DNA of 64,000 nucleotides from Gnetum montanum (taxonomy: Eukaryota > Plantae > Gnetophyta), in contig MNCI01002812.1 of the NCBI GenBank assembly GCA_015680685.1, positions 121,991-185,990 of the forward strand, in the 5' to 3' direction. Of this stretch, positions 1-13,991 are shown piece after piece. Positions within the stretch are counted from its first letter, which is position 1; every line of letters begins with the position of its first letter. Both the position numbers and the translations under genes were made by a program. The notes under the pieces are model-generated. The model did not search any database and was not told where the DNA came from. It saw only the letters and a program-made list of their open reading frames with translations.

Positions 1-3000
1 AACATTGTCCCAACTCACAACCTACTTAGTGACAATGAAACCCTGTTGACCACTAAGAGACAAATGCATATAACAGAGGTTGTTCAAATATTCCATAGGC
101 ATCATAAGGAAAGCCATCTACACAGGCTTGATCTAAACAACTTTCCCAAGTTCTCAAGAGGCTATGATTTAGATCTGCAACATCATTTATAAGCCTTCTA
201 TGATGCGTATGCATGGAACAACATTGATAATGGGTGGCAAAGACTTAAGCTCTTTCCTATGATACTCATTGGCCAAGAAAAGGTATGGTACAAGTCTTTA
301 AAGCTTAAATGAATTCACTGCTGGTTGGCAATGGTGGAACTCTTCAATGAAAGATATCAAACCTGTGCAAGAGTGTCAGCCTTGAGGAGACAAATCCAAG
401 AGTGGAAAAAAAGGCAACATGAACCATTGGGCATGTCCGTAGAAAGATATTATTTATTGTTAAACAAATGCCTAGGCCATGGGTTCTTCGAGGAAAGGCT
501 AATGTGTCACATCATGGATGGGCTCCGTAATGAAATGAGGGAGACCCTAGGGATGTATGCCCTAGGTCAATTATATGAACTATGAACCCACCAATTCCAA
601 GAGATTATTAAGTGGGTAGCAAAAGAAGAAGGAGAAATAGCCAAATGGGAGAATGTTGAAAGATCTCAATAGGACCAAACCCTTAAAGTAATGAAGGTTC
701 ATAATCATGAAGAGGAGAAATCAACTCACCTCGAGGAGGTGGAACCATCCTCATCTTTCCCAATACTAAAATCACTAGATGAAATTGAGGCAAAGATTAA
801 TAAAATGACGAAATAGGTATATGAAAAATGTGGGGACTATGTAAACATTATCAGAGGTAAAACCATGCAAGATCACTCTAACAACTAGAACAAACAAAGG
901 ATGCTAAATCAAGAAATAGGACAAAACACAATTTGACAATCAGAAAGAAGGCCTGAAGGAAATAAGGATAGGAGCCCAACTACAAATTAGAAGTATCAAT
1001 GCGATGTTTACCTGTACGATCACCCCAAAGGCCAATGCCCAATCTTGTCACATCTACATGAGCATTGGGGAAGAATGCTACATCCAGATTTTGTACAAAA
1101 GTACTATGCTCAACCGTAGTGGCAAAACCCCCAATCGTGGGGGAGACCATCGCCAAACTGGCCTCACCCTTCATATATCTTGACACCAAGTGCTTATTAT
1201 GTTCAACACTCTATTTCTCCAACTAGATCAACATCCTCTACTTCACCTCATCGTTATCATTCTCCCAAGTATCATCAACCCATGTCCTCTCCTATGAGAT
1301 CACCACCTCATGTTCCTTACACTTTTCCTTGCTCTCAATATTCTCATCCTTCACCTCCTTCTACATCGCCACCAATAGTATTGAAAGGTTTGGAATCATA
1401 GTACTAACCAACAAACATTACTTGTGCTACTATTGTCAATAGTGGTGTGAATCCACCACATCGTCGAAAACATCTTTTCTTTAGGTATGGTCGTAGAAAG
1501 AAGCAGCACAGCTCTGGAACCATTGCACCCTCCAACTTAGCACAAGCCCAACACGATGAAGCATCTTCCTCTTCAAACTCAACACCTCATGTTACCTTAT
1601 CCGAGCCATCAATTGACACTCCAACAACCATGTGGCCCAATGAATATAACCACGTGGGGAGACATATCGATCCTTGCATAGCATCTTATGGTCATGGGTG
1701 CAATAGTGAATCAGCTTCTTATCACATAACCACATCTTACAATCTACCCTACTATGCCTACTTTAATCAAGTGTGTGAACCTAAATTGGGAACACTCTTG
1801 CCACCACTCCAAAGACACCCAATGGTTTGGATATGATTGAACCCCAATATTTCCAACATGCATGGATCCAAACTTTTCATTTATTAATTCTCACCATGAT
1901 CAAAGTTTTAGTAATGGGGGATACCCCCCATTCTAGCAAGTAGAATTAGTAAATGTTTTTCCTTTTCTTTAGTTTTACAATTTTTTGTTTTGCAATTTTT
2001 TGTTTTCTAATTTCTTGTTTTTCAATTTTTCGTTTTATCTTTTTGTGGGTAATCTCATCTATGAATAAAATACCCATGTAACCAGTCAATTGGAGTGTTG
2101 TTCTATGCTATCGAGTTACAAGTGCCTAATTATTTGGATAGTGAGCTCACAACATCCACCCACCCATTCTATTAATAAGAGGTTCTACTCTAGGTACAAT
2201 GATATTCTTGTTATCATTAAAACTTAAAGTAACTTTGTACTCATTATGCCTAGAGTGAAGAGTGACAAACTCAGAGGGAATGACAAGGGTGTGACATCAA
2301 GGGGACTTGTGGATTCTCTTTGATGACATCTGTATGTGTTGTCATGTAGCTTGGTTGTACTAAGATCTTTATAGATCTAATGAAAAATGGGAGTAAGAGT
2401 TGTCATAAATAAACTTAATAAAGGAACTCAATGCTACTCTAAAGGGTCCCACTAGAAATACATGCACCCATGCCTAAAGGTTGGTGGCCTCTCCAAATTC
2501 TCATTGAGAAACATAAAGTGCAAAAGTAGCCAGAAGAAGAAAAAGAAGAGAAAGAAGAAAATGACAGGAAAGAAAAAATTAACAAAAACTTGTGGCAGAC
2601 AAATTCAAATCACTCCTCCCTTGCGCAAAGTGCCAAGTGATCGTACACCTTGCTATCATAATGATCTTATGGTTGTCTATCATTGGGATGAAATAATGCA
2701 ATGTCACTGATCAAAGGTATGGACTTGGTTTTGATCTTTGAGCAAAAGGCTAATGGTACCTTAATCATGCACAACACTTTCAATTCATTGTTCCTTAGGT
2801 AAGTTACCTCATGTCTCAATCTTTGCAATCCCTTCCACAATTTTTCTCATCTCACGATCCAAGTATTTCTAACTTGTGTCTTGTGTGGCATAGAATTCAT
2901 ACCTCATCATAGTGGTATTTAACATGTGTGTGTTTTGTTGCACAAGTGCGGATTGGTTATGTAAGGGCATGATAGGTTGGAACCTACTTTGGGGAGGATT

Positions 3001-3918
3001 CACTTGCATGACTTTGTTAATTTGTACTTTTTGCACACCATCACATCATGTTATACCCTTCAAATACTACATTGTCGAATCCATTTTTTCCTTTGTCATC
3101 ATTTCAACCAAACGTTTCTTTGCATCACTACATGTCCCTTTTCCTCACCCTGTTCCAAGAACTTCATTGTATATTTCCACTTCATTACACTTTGGTGCCT
3201 TAATTCCCACTTGACATTACCCCAAACCTTTTAAATCTACCTCAAATCCTTCATTTTTTTTCATTTTTGGCTATAAAAACCTGAAAATTCATTAATTTTA
3301 CTAAGTACCCTATTTTGGATAGGATGCAATATTGGGTACCCAGTATTAGGTCCCATGCGATATTGGGTACACGCTATCATGTCTATAAAACCTATATATA
3401 TGGGGTCCCTCGTGTGTGTAGAAGTCATTTTCACCAGTTGCTACATAGAGAGTTGTTGCAATTTTCTCCCATAATTTTTAGCGCTTTGAGAGTCTACCAT
3501 TCAACTGTCAATATCTCAATTGTTAATGCTTTGATTTCTCTTTTGATTGAACCTAATTAAACCCAGAGTGTTTACCTTAGTTGTCCGGGAGGGGTAGGGT
3601 AGAATTCATGCATAACTTTTTAAAAATTTGGTATCGCCCAAAGGATATCATAGGGGTAAGTAATATTAAGATATGTTAAGAACTCATGCCAAACTAATTT
3701 TCTTCCTTCACATAAATTATTTAAATTATTAATTAGAGTCACTTGAGCAAATCAAGCCCAACATTAAAACTTTTAGGGAAATTTTCTAGGAAAAAATTCC
3801 TAACTTTGAAATTACACTAAGTAAGAATTCAAAATGTATTAAAGGTAATGAATAAGGTATGAGATAATTGAACTTTGTTAAATAACCTTACTAACAATTG
3901 CTCTTGGTGTGATTACAA

Positions 3919-6558
3919 ATGGCCCCTAAACAAAGACAATAGGGAGGACCTTCTCAAGGTGCATCCAAACGTTCGAGAAGAGGCAGAGGCCAAGGACCTC
4001 ATGTGGAGCATGCAAAACAAAAGCCACAATCGTTCAACATTCATCTAGAAACCCCTATCACTGCACAATCTGGTCAGGAAGAAGATGGAGAGGGCAAGGC
4101 ACTTGAACAAGGACAACATCTTACATTGTCCCCGAAATGCGTTCAAGCCATTCAAGAAAGGTCCACACCTACTACAATGACTATGGAACTTAATTTTGGG
4201 CCTTTTACCGATATCACCCCCAAACCAATGAAGGATTAACTCAAGGGATCTCCATTATGGCCTGTCCTCTTGAAAAGTGGAGAATGGTATTTGGGATAAA
4301 CCTATCAATTTTGGCATAATAAAGAGGAAGGCACCACTATCAACATTAGTGGAATATCAGTTGATTTCTCTACAAAGGCCATTACGGAAGTTCTGAATCT
4401 TCCAAATAGAGGGCCTAAAGTTGCTCATCTGTCCACTTGCTCTAATGCTAAAAATATGGCTAAAGAGGACGTATGGCCAAGAAGACAAAACATATGGAGA
4501 ACTGACCCTTGAAGAGAGAATTTACTTCAAAATTGGCACCTATCACATCTTTCCAATGAAGGGGCTAAACAGGATCTCTACCTATGTAGCTAGAGGAAGT
4601 GCAATCTTAATGGGCAAGGTTGATGCCAATTTGCCCCATTTTTATTTAACAAAAATATTAAGGCAGTTCAAAAAACAAAAGATAGAAAGGTTTTCATTAC
4701 CCTTTCCATGTCTAATTAGAAAGTTGTGCCGACATGCTGGAATTCTGGGGTACACTAATGGCGTCCCCAAAAAAGCTCAAAATGCTTCATATCTTGAATT
4801 ACTTAAGCCACTAGCATCAAGAAAAGATGTTGATGAAACACTAGAGCCTAAATAAGAGCAAACAATTAGGCTTATTGCACCTCAAATAGTAGGTCCTAGC
4901 CAACTTCTAGACACGAGGCTCAGTCAACAATAAGAAGTAAGGCCCAACACATAGCCCATGGGCCAGCAGGATTAGCAACCGCCACCACCGCCACAAGATT
5001 ACTGATCATCGATAAGCCATCACAAGTCCATCGCAAAAATGGTCAATTGGGGAAGTTGGGATGAGGCCAATCTCTTCAAGGTGATCAATGATGTCGTATA
5101 GCCTACCATATCAATCAATCATGCAAGGGATGAAGTCTCAATACAAACATGAGAGGGGAGTTGCATTGATTACAACAGATTTCTAGAAATGCTGCATCAT
5201 TTCAAGTATAATTAGAAACTGCTAAAGGCACCACAGTGGTGGTTATGCAACACTAGGATGCAGCCAGAGCAATAGAAGTGGTTGCAAACCACATCAAGGA
5301 ATCATTCAATGTCCCTGTTGTGCCACCAGTAGATTTCACAGGAGCACATGATGCTCAAGTTCTAGCCAACACCTCAATGACTCCTATGGAACATGAGCAT
5401 GCTCTAGATTGTCTAATGCAAAGAGGACAAGTAATGACATCCTTGTTTGACATCCCCCAATATGTCACAGTGGCACAATCAAACCTTATTTCCATCAAAG
5501 GAAAGCTGGTCATGGCTAAGGTTAGTGTTGAACATGCAGAAGACGAACTGAGGAGACTCTAGAAAACGTTTGTTACCCTACAAGCCCTAACATCTTTTTC
5601 TGAGAACATCTGATTAGCTTTGACATACCATGCTACAAATGCGAAAGTTTTCTTAAAAAAATATGTTAGGGCTGAATGTTCTCAAAGAAAGTTTTTAACA
5701 AATGCAAGAACAACTAATAAGAGTTAACAAGACATAAGTTTCTTAGCTAGAGGGAACAAAATCCTCTCAATGGAGGAAGTACGTGCCATCCATTAGATGA
5801 TAGCCATTGAAATAAGAAAGTGATAAAATGAAGCTAAGCAACATAAAAAATTAAAGGAACATTTCCGGGATTAGCTGGGGATGTATAAAAAGATCATTGA
5901 AAAAGAGATCCATATGGCTAAGGACCACATCAACTCCTTAAGTGCTCAACACACTGACTGGCAAGCTGTACTAGACACTTATGCATTCACCCACCAAGCA
6001 GAATTAAAGAGTCGGGACTTGCAAATCTAGGATCTCACAGAATACATGGAGTTGGCAAATCTATAGTATGCCAATTTAGCCATGTTAACAATAAGGTGCC
6101 TAAGGAATGAGCTAGAACAATAGGCAGCTGCCACCTATGCCAAATATGAGATGGAGTTTGTTGAACACAAGAAGACATTACAAAGACTAGAGGTAGCAAA
6201 CTCTAAACTAGAGGTGGTCAAAGCTAGCTATCAAGGCCAAAAGGATGTTACAGCAAACTTGGCTCAATGGCTCACAAATTATCAAGAATTTAGAGACAAA
6301 GCCAAAGCCTACAAGGAGGAACGATAGCTATTTGCAGCATGGTACATCAAAGCTAATCAGATGTTCTCACAACTGCCGTGTCCATGGGAGGTGTCGACTT
6401 TGTCAAACATTAGAAAATCAACATGGATGACATATGATCCCTAGACAAAGGAAGAAAAAATTCAAGTGCTCTTTCAGAAGTATCCATTTCTAAAGCCTGG
6501 AGCACAAGATAAAGGGAAAAAGCCCATTGAGGAGCCACTGCCACTAGGAACCACATGA
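3919..6558 (+). pseudogene. Degenerate extra (env-like/ORF2-type) ORF of the Athila-like element: basic N-terminus, plant transposon-protein-like domain, coiled-coil-like C-terminus
   Basis: ATG at 3919 (MAPKQRQ*GGPSQGASKRSRRGRG). Reading continues through ORF-track pieces 4003, 4421 and 5278 with stops and frameshifts (..INISGISVDFSTKAITEVLNLP..SLPFPCLIRKLCRHAGI..) to TGA at 6556-6558, about 190 nt before the 3' LTR. Confidence 0.6.
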
Positions 6559-6743
6559 GTTCTAAAAAATTTTGTATTTTGTGTTTTGTGTTGGTGTCCC
6601 AATTTTGTTTTGTCTAGTCCTACACTGTAGCATGAAATAATCCATAGTTAGTCCATAATCCCATACCTATCCTCTATGTAATCAAATGAACTTGTTTCTC
6701 ATTTTGTTTGACTTGAGGATGAGTTTTTATTCAGTTGTGAGTA

Positions 6744-7610
6744 TGATGAATCACGGTTTGCCAGGCCACAATATCGAGTACACAATATCAGGTACGCGAT
6801 ATCATAGCCTAGATATGATATCATATACACAATATCATGATACCTATGTTAGCCTATAAATATAGCACTCAGGCACACAAGAATAAGAGGAGAGCATGAG
6901 AGATTATTTTAGTCATTAGGAGTCTTTTTGTCAGTTTCAGTTCTTTTCCAAAGTGCATGCCCACAGTGTGATGCTTGTAATTGTACTAAACCTTTGTTCG
7001 AGTGTGACATACTTGGACATGCACATAACTGGCAATAAAGATCGAGATTACTACATCATTGCAACATTCACTTAGTTTTTAATCATTTAATTGTTAATTA
7101 TTTTTTTCTTAGTTAATATTTATTTTATCATCATTTACTATTNAATTTACTGTTTCTATTGCTAAATGCAAAATGAGTACATCTTAATCATGAACATTTA
7201 AGTGTAACTACATGGTAACTTAGTAGTGTATCTAGTAGTGCTTCATGTAATGTGTGCTTGGTAATCCTAGAAATAGTACACAAAGTCCAAGATGCATACA
7301 AATGATTAAGGATGGATGTTCATCACACTTAGGCTAGCTTATATTTTGCTTCCTATTACTTATTAGTTTACTTAAGTTATTTCTCATTGTCTTTAGGAGT
7401 AGCATAGTATTAGAAATCACATCATACACCTCACTCTAGACTAAACCATACGTAACAAAGCAAATACTAGTCCAGGTGGGAAGATAGCAAATTACTATCA
7501 ATGTATAACTATTTAGGTGCCACAACTAGTTCATCCATGGAGTTCGACTAGATCGCACGTACATGCTTGTATTCATATGGTTGAGCATAGGGATACCTCA
7601 CCACTCATCA
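6744..7610 (+). repeat. 3' LTR (about 867 bp)
   Basis: TGATGA...TCATCA termini, GATATC-type repeats, TATAAATA near 6856 and AATAAA near 7034. Similar to the LTRs at 13804, 17086, 38274, 52577 and 61788. Confidence 0.85.
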
Positions 7611-10600
7611 CCTTCCATATGAGTAGTCATCCCCCATCACATTGGTATCTATCACAGGAGCAAACAAAGTGATGGGCATCCCTAAAGAGTGTAGGCCAAC
7701 AGTACCCTCCTAGCATAGTGGGCCCTATAAGGGCCCTCATGGGCATCTTGGAGGACTTGCAATTGATTCACATTAGGGATACACCTTCATACCAGGTCAT
7801 TTGTGCAAACCTTGTAAAGGTTGTCATTGATCTCCATGAAGTGTTTGGCTTGGTGAAGAAACTACTATTTCTTCTTGTGGTCCCACCCCTATGGCATCTT
7901 CAGAGTGAGTAGATAAGACATGATGTCCTCATACCAGTTGATTTCTTTGGGGTCTTGTTCAATAACAACACTAGCAAAGAGGAGTTCATCAAGAAATTGG
8001 TTTGATGGTGGGCTCTCCTCCTTCTTGTTGTTCCATTTTAACTGAGACAAGTGGTTAGCCACCACATTCTTAGTCTTCTTTCTATTTACCATTGTTAGAT
8101 AAAACTCTTATAGGATCACCAACCATCGTATGACATGGGGGATCACCATTGGTTTGTTCATAAGGAACTTGATAGCACTATGATCAATGTGCATAAACAC
8201 CTTATATCCAAGCGCATAGTACTTGAATTTCTCTAAAACATACACCACTATTATGAGTTCTTTTTTAATGGCGGTATAATTAAGTTGTGCATCCACAATG
8301 CTCCTACTTTCACAATGGATGTAATATGGACATTTCTGATCATTCATCTGTGTAAGCATAACTCCTAAGGCATAGTTGGATGCATCTATCATGATATGAA
8401 CCAATATAGACCAATCTAGTGCTTGTAGGATTGGTGTTTCTATGAGCTTCTACTTGAGGTGTTATAATACATGCTCATATTCCTTAGTCCAAATGAACGG
8501 TGCATTCTTCTTTATGAGCTCCACCAATGGCTTGGCTATCTTTAAAAAGTTCTCAATGAAATGCTTATAATAATCAGTGTGTCTAAGGAATGACCTTACA
8601 TCTTTTAACCATTGCAAGCTATCTAGTGATTCCTTAGATGACCCTTATCTTTTCTGGGTCTACCTTGATCCCTTTGTGAGAAATCTGGTGTCCCAAGATA
8701 ATGCTTTCTTGAACCATTAGATGGCTCTTTTGCTAACTGAGCCTCAGGTTAATATCCACACATCTTTGAAGCACTTGCTCCAAATGGTCCAAGGCTTGCT
8801 TAAATGTAGCCTCGTAGGTGGAGAAGTCATCCATTAAGATTTCTACCCAACTACCAATTTGTTGTTGGAAAATGTTGAGGATCAACTGTTGGAATTTAGC
8901 AGGAGCATTATACAATCCAAAGGGCATCTTTCTGTATGTAAAAGTCCCCCAAGGACAAGTAAATGTTGTTTTGACCTAGCCCTCTAGTGCAATTTGGATT
9001 TAGTTATAGACACTATAACCATCCATAAAACTATAGTAGTAATGCCCTGAGATTGTATTCAACATTTGGTCCACAAATGGTAATGGAAAGTGATCTTTAT
9101 AAATAGCCAATGTTCAATAGCCTAAAATTGATACTGACCCTCAATTTTCCTTCTTTCTTTAGCACTATAACAAGTGGGCTAACCCATTGGCTATTTGTAA
9201 TAGGGTAAATGAACCTTGCCTTGAGGAGTTATTCAATCTCCTCCTTGATAATCTACTTAAGCTTGAGATTCAAGCATCTCTACAACTACTTGTTTGGTTT
9301 GATGGAGGAGTCTATATATATTCTGTGTTGGCATATCCTTGGATTAATTCCAATGAGCTCATGATATGACTAGGTAGAGGTTGTTGGCCATTTGTTGATA
9401 GCTTTCAACAATTTGTTTTTCTACAAGGGAGTAAGAGTGGCATTGATGATAGCCAGCTTGCCATTGTTTAGGAATGCATATTCCATGTCTATCGATAAAG
9501 CCTTTAACTCAAGGGGCTCGTCTATGAAGGTCTCACGGATCTCCAACTCTTCCCAATTGATTTCCTTTTGTTTATTAGAGAGTTGGCAATGTATCTACTC
9601 TAGTTGATCCATGCTCTTCACATAAGAGCTTGTGAGGCTCTTGACTAGTTCCATGCACATTGTTGATTCAACCCCTCTATCAATTATCATCCATTGAGTG
9701 TTTTCTTGTTTAGTGGCTGCTACATATAGGCACCTTTGAAGTTCTATGACATCAACACACTAATTACATGCTTTAATTGATGTGCTCTTTATAGTCCATA
9801 GTTGCGAGACGCAGTGACACCCTGTGTCACTATATGCAATGCATAGAACATGCTTTTTTTAATCTTCCCAAATTCACTCTCCTTGAAAATTTCTAAGGAG
9901 ATATCTCTAATCCTCAACTATGTATCAATAGTACTTAACCATGCTCTTCCCATAATAATAGAAAAGTCCCCCTTATTGTTCTCCACATGGATTACTAGGA
10001 AATTAGCAAGATATGATCACCCACAAATAGTGGTCACAATGTTCTCCATCAATCCTAAAGGAATAGTGATGGGTTGGTTTGCTAGTTCTAATATAATATT
10101 ACTCTTTTTCAAAGGAGGTAGGTTCCAAGCTTTGTGCATTTCTTATGAAAGTAAATTAAATTCAAAACCTGAGTCCAAAAAAGCCTTGCATGATTCATTT
10201 TCGATAAGTTATAAAAAAATAAGGAAACTCCTAGGATCAAATCTCTTTCTTAGAAGATGTCCAACCTTAATCCAATCAATGACTACATGGATTAGCATGA
10301 TGGTGTGCAATTGGGGAGTTCTTTGGTTTGAAGGAGGCTCGATAGGCATTGCAAAGGAGGTAGGAGCAGAGTTTGTATCCACAGGTATTTATGAGGGCTT
10401 CATAGGGCTATTGGTTCTAAAGAAGGATCTTTTGCATGGCTTAGCATTAGAACCACTTGACTAAGGAGCTGGCTATAAGTTTACAACCTTTGTGGTATTT
10501 CTTTTTTGTGGTTGTGCTAGGATCTCACCTTGCATAAATGGAGTAGGTGGAAGAGGAGTTGTAGGTGGAGGTATAGGAGTGGAAGCGTGAGGAGGAGGAT

Positions 10601-13600
10601 ATTATGAAAATGGGGACTCCCCCTTTAGTGATGGTGCTTTGTAATATTTAGGAGGGTAGTAGTGATGTTGGAAGGAAGCATGATTGGAAGAGTCACATGA
10701 AGAAATGGGCTACAGAACATAGTACCCATATGGATCAAGTTGGTGATAAGGGTACTACTGCCTTGGAGTAGCATTCCCCAAAACTTTTGGTGTTGCCACT
10801 GCTATTATTGATCATAATCTTGAGGTGGTGCTCCACTTGGATATTAAGTTTGGTGGTGGAACAGTTGTCAATAGTTGTCTTATGGATAAGGCAACCTCTT
10901 GGGCGCTTGCCATTTTGCCAGTTTGGGATTTAAAGTGTATACTCCACACTCCTGTAATTCTAACATAATAGGGCAACATCCCTTGGGATGTTCATATTGG
11001 CATATGTCACACCCATCATCATTTGATTCAAAATCTACAACCTCCTTAACTATCACAGCTTTGTCCTTAGCCTTATAATGGTTATGTTTAGCCTCCTTTT
11101 TCTTCCTTTTGTTACAATCGCTACGTCCTTGATCTCTACTTTCTTCTGCAATTTTCAAAGTAGTTTGAAATTTTTTGTCCAAGGAGTCTCATATTTTATC
11201 AACCTTAACCGATATTTCATACATAAAATTTTGTATTAGTAAGGTTTTCCTTTGCACCACTTCATCAAGTGGTGCCTCCTCCTCATTGTCACAGAAACGA
11301 TCCTTCCTCTTGTAGAGAGAGGGGTCCTTGTTGTATTCCTCCATACTTTTCTCATTTTTTTAACTCATCCTATTCCTTACCAACCTACTTAATAAGCCTT
11401 TGGATCTGATGGACCCTTAGCTCAAAAAGTCTCCCTTGGGAATAGACCCCAAGAGTTCTCCTCATTTCAGTTTAGAGCCCATCTATGATGTGGTGCAACT
11501 GATCCCTTTGAGAATAGCCATGGCCTAGGCATTAGTGCAATAAAGAGTAATACCTAATCATAGCCACATCTAAGGATTCATGAGTGCCATGTTTCCATCC
11601 TTGGATTTTCCTTCTCAAGTTAGATACTCCTTCTCCAATAGATTTTAGTTCCAAGGACCAATACCAACTTTCAAATTCTTTGATGAGTATTTGCAGGAAT
11701 AGTTTCAACTTTTGTTAGTCATTCTCTATGTTCTACAAGGCACAAGCATCGTGAAAGGCTTGCAAGTGGTTTTTTGGATTTGAATTGTATCCTTCTTTAA
11801 ACTTGGGGATATTATTCATATCTAGTCATTTGATTTGACTATCTTTCACATGTGTGGTTGGTATTCTTACAGCCTCTACAATGTTCAACATGTTCATGGT
11901 TGCCAACAGGGGTTTGTCATAGTCATAGCGATCTTTATGATCCCTATCATGGCCTATGATGAGTCTTTCTAGCCATCCTTTCTCTATCATAATCATCTCC
12001 CCACTACTCATGCCCATGGTCTTTATCATTTTGATGGGATCTACGATCATCCCTATCTCGTCATTCACCTCCATCATGGTTTTTGCTACCTCTACAACTC
12101 TAATCGGATTTGGAGAAGGAAGACGATGAGGATGAAGAAGGTGAAGAGGAAGGAGAGCTAGCACCAGAGTAGTGCATACTACTTCCTCATCTTTGGTCCT
12201 TGTCCCGATCACCATGTTTTTCCTTTTCTTGGTGCTTGTCCTCATTCCTACCTTGGCTACCTTTTTTCAAGGGCCCCTAATCTTGGGATCCATTCTTCTT
12301 GGAACTAAGGTTGTCCACAATGGATTTCAGACACTAGTTAAGGGTCTCCTTGTCAAAAAGAGGAGGAGAATAAGTGTATTGAGAGGTCCCTAGAAAGAAG
12401 CCCTTGCCTTCTTTGTGTGTTTGCAAGAACAAGTGGGTAAACCTCGTCTGCCTTTTAAGGCCTCATATCGAGCTTCCATTTGCCAATCCTTCCTTTTCTA
12501 TGCTTCTATGAGATGATTATCCTGATAAGCATGATCTTGCACTTTGTACTCAGAATTGAGTCCTACAATGCCTAGCCTGATAAGATTGTTCAATAGCATT
12601 GTAGGAACAAATTGCTTAGGACGCAACACGATGTTGCCTTCCATGTCTTTCCATTGTAATTGCTCATCCTAGTGTAGGATGAAAGTGAAGTCTAGAGTGT
12701 AGGCATCCAAATGGGTGTAAACCACCTTAAATTGTTGAGGCATTGGTGTCCCATGGTCTTCTTGTTGTTGTTGATTGGATTTGCCTTCAAACGGTGGTAG
12801 AGAGTATTCCTGCAAGAGGAAGCCATATTAGTAATTGAGAAAAACAGTGTGCTTTGGTTATATTTTTTGTTTTTAATGATGTTAGCATTAAGTTCCTTTT
12901 GCAACGTCTATGAATGATTTCATTGTCTCTTCTAGGTAGTGCACTTAGCTAACTAAAGTCCCTAGTAAGGGCGCCAATGATGAGTGGTGAGTAGATCCTA
13001 TGCCCAACCATATGAATCACAAGTGTTTACTAGTGATCCAGTCAAATTCCATAGACTTTAGTTCTCCAAATGTCAATAACAAAGATAGTGATCTACAAAC
13101 GTGATCATTGTCTTCCTCGCTACACTTGCGTAATTGCAAGCATATGGTTAAGTGGAGCCAAGGCACATGATTTGTATTAATTTTGTATTTTTATATGAAT
13201 TAATCTAAGTGTAAGATAAAGTAATTGATTAAGAATTAATCTAAGTAATTATCTAATGTCTTAGCCTATTTCCTAGCATAAGTATCTGGTCCCACCTTCT
13301 GTACACATTCTAAACTCGTTACAATGCTACTAGGTTACCAAGTGATAACATTGTTGGTAATACTAAGCATTAACGTTATGCTTGAGGCGGTTGTACTTAT
13401 GTGTATTAATCAAGTGTATTTAATTAACTAGGAGCATGGAAGTAAAATGCAAGAATAATAAATTACATAAAAGTAAATATTAATCTATTTCCAAGTGTTG
13501 CAAGGCGTTTTAAAAAATTCATCTTTATTATCGTCACACCAAGGTGTCCAGGTACATTGGTGCTTGAATAAGGATCGGTACAATCCTTGAGTCCTATTGT

Positions 13601-13803
13601 GGGCACTTAGAAAATATTCTAACTCTTATGGAAAGAAATTGCAAGAACTCAGCTAAGTTATTGACTATCCAATGCCATAAATGTGATGGGTATGCGCATT
13701 TATATAAGTAGACTTAGACACAGCATTGGTGCATATTTGTCGACGCATCAACTCATGCGTTGACGCATGCCCGTCAATGCAGCCCAACGATGATGATTCA
13801 TCA
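7611..13803 (-). mobile_element. Degenerate Athila-like Gypsy element (5' LTR, PBS, gag, protease, RT, RNase H, start of integrase), interrupted at 7610 by the + strand element
   Basis: Minus-strand MPFGLYNAPAKFQ and ILMDDFS (RT), DASNYALGVMLTQ..DHSAIKFL (RNase H), NVVANHLSQL. PBS TTGGCGCCCTTACTAGGGAC (tRNA-Asp-like) is adjacent to the LTR at 12978. Confidence 0.9.
12978..13803 (-). repeat. 5' LTR of the minus-strand Gypsy element
   Basis: TGATGA at 12978, TCATCA ending at 13803, adjacent PBS, homology to the other LTRs. Confidence 0.8.
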
Positions 13804-13991
13804 ATATGCCTCACTCTGGACTAAACCATATGTGACCAAACTACCACTAGTCCAAGTGAGAAGACAATGACCTACGATCAATGCTTAACAATCTAGATAC
13901 CACACGAGTCCCATCCATGGAATTTGACTAGATTGCAAGTGAACGCTTGTGATTCGTATGGTTGGATGTAGGGGGTACTTGCCACTCATCA
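13804..13991 (+). repeat. 3' end fragment of an older + strand LTR of the same family, into which the minus-strand element inserted
   Basis: Aligns with 7425-7610 (cctcactct.gactaaaccata...ccactcatca) and ends in TCATCA at 13991. Confidence 0.75.

Larger units (their letters stand above)
1..7610 (+). mobile_element. Athila-like Ty3/Gypsy LTR retrotransposon, 5' end outside the window; degenerate gag, no pol, long extra ORF, 3' LTR
   Basis: Degenerate retrotransposon gag at about 100-1000 (RLDLNNFPKF..HL*AFYDA..RLKLFPMILIG.EKVWYKSL), similar to the gag regions of the minus-strand elements near 11400-11900 and 60200-60800. A PPT-region motif (cttgaggatgagtttttattcagttgtgagta) lies directly before the LTR start TGATGA at 6744. 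Confidence 0.8.

Noticed and set aside
9850-10464. 204-aa + strand ORF, with a similar one at 58608-59042
   Set aside because: Antisense shadow of the Gypsy protease region on the minus strand.
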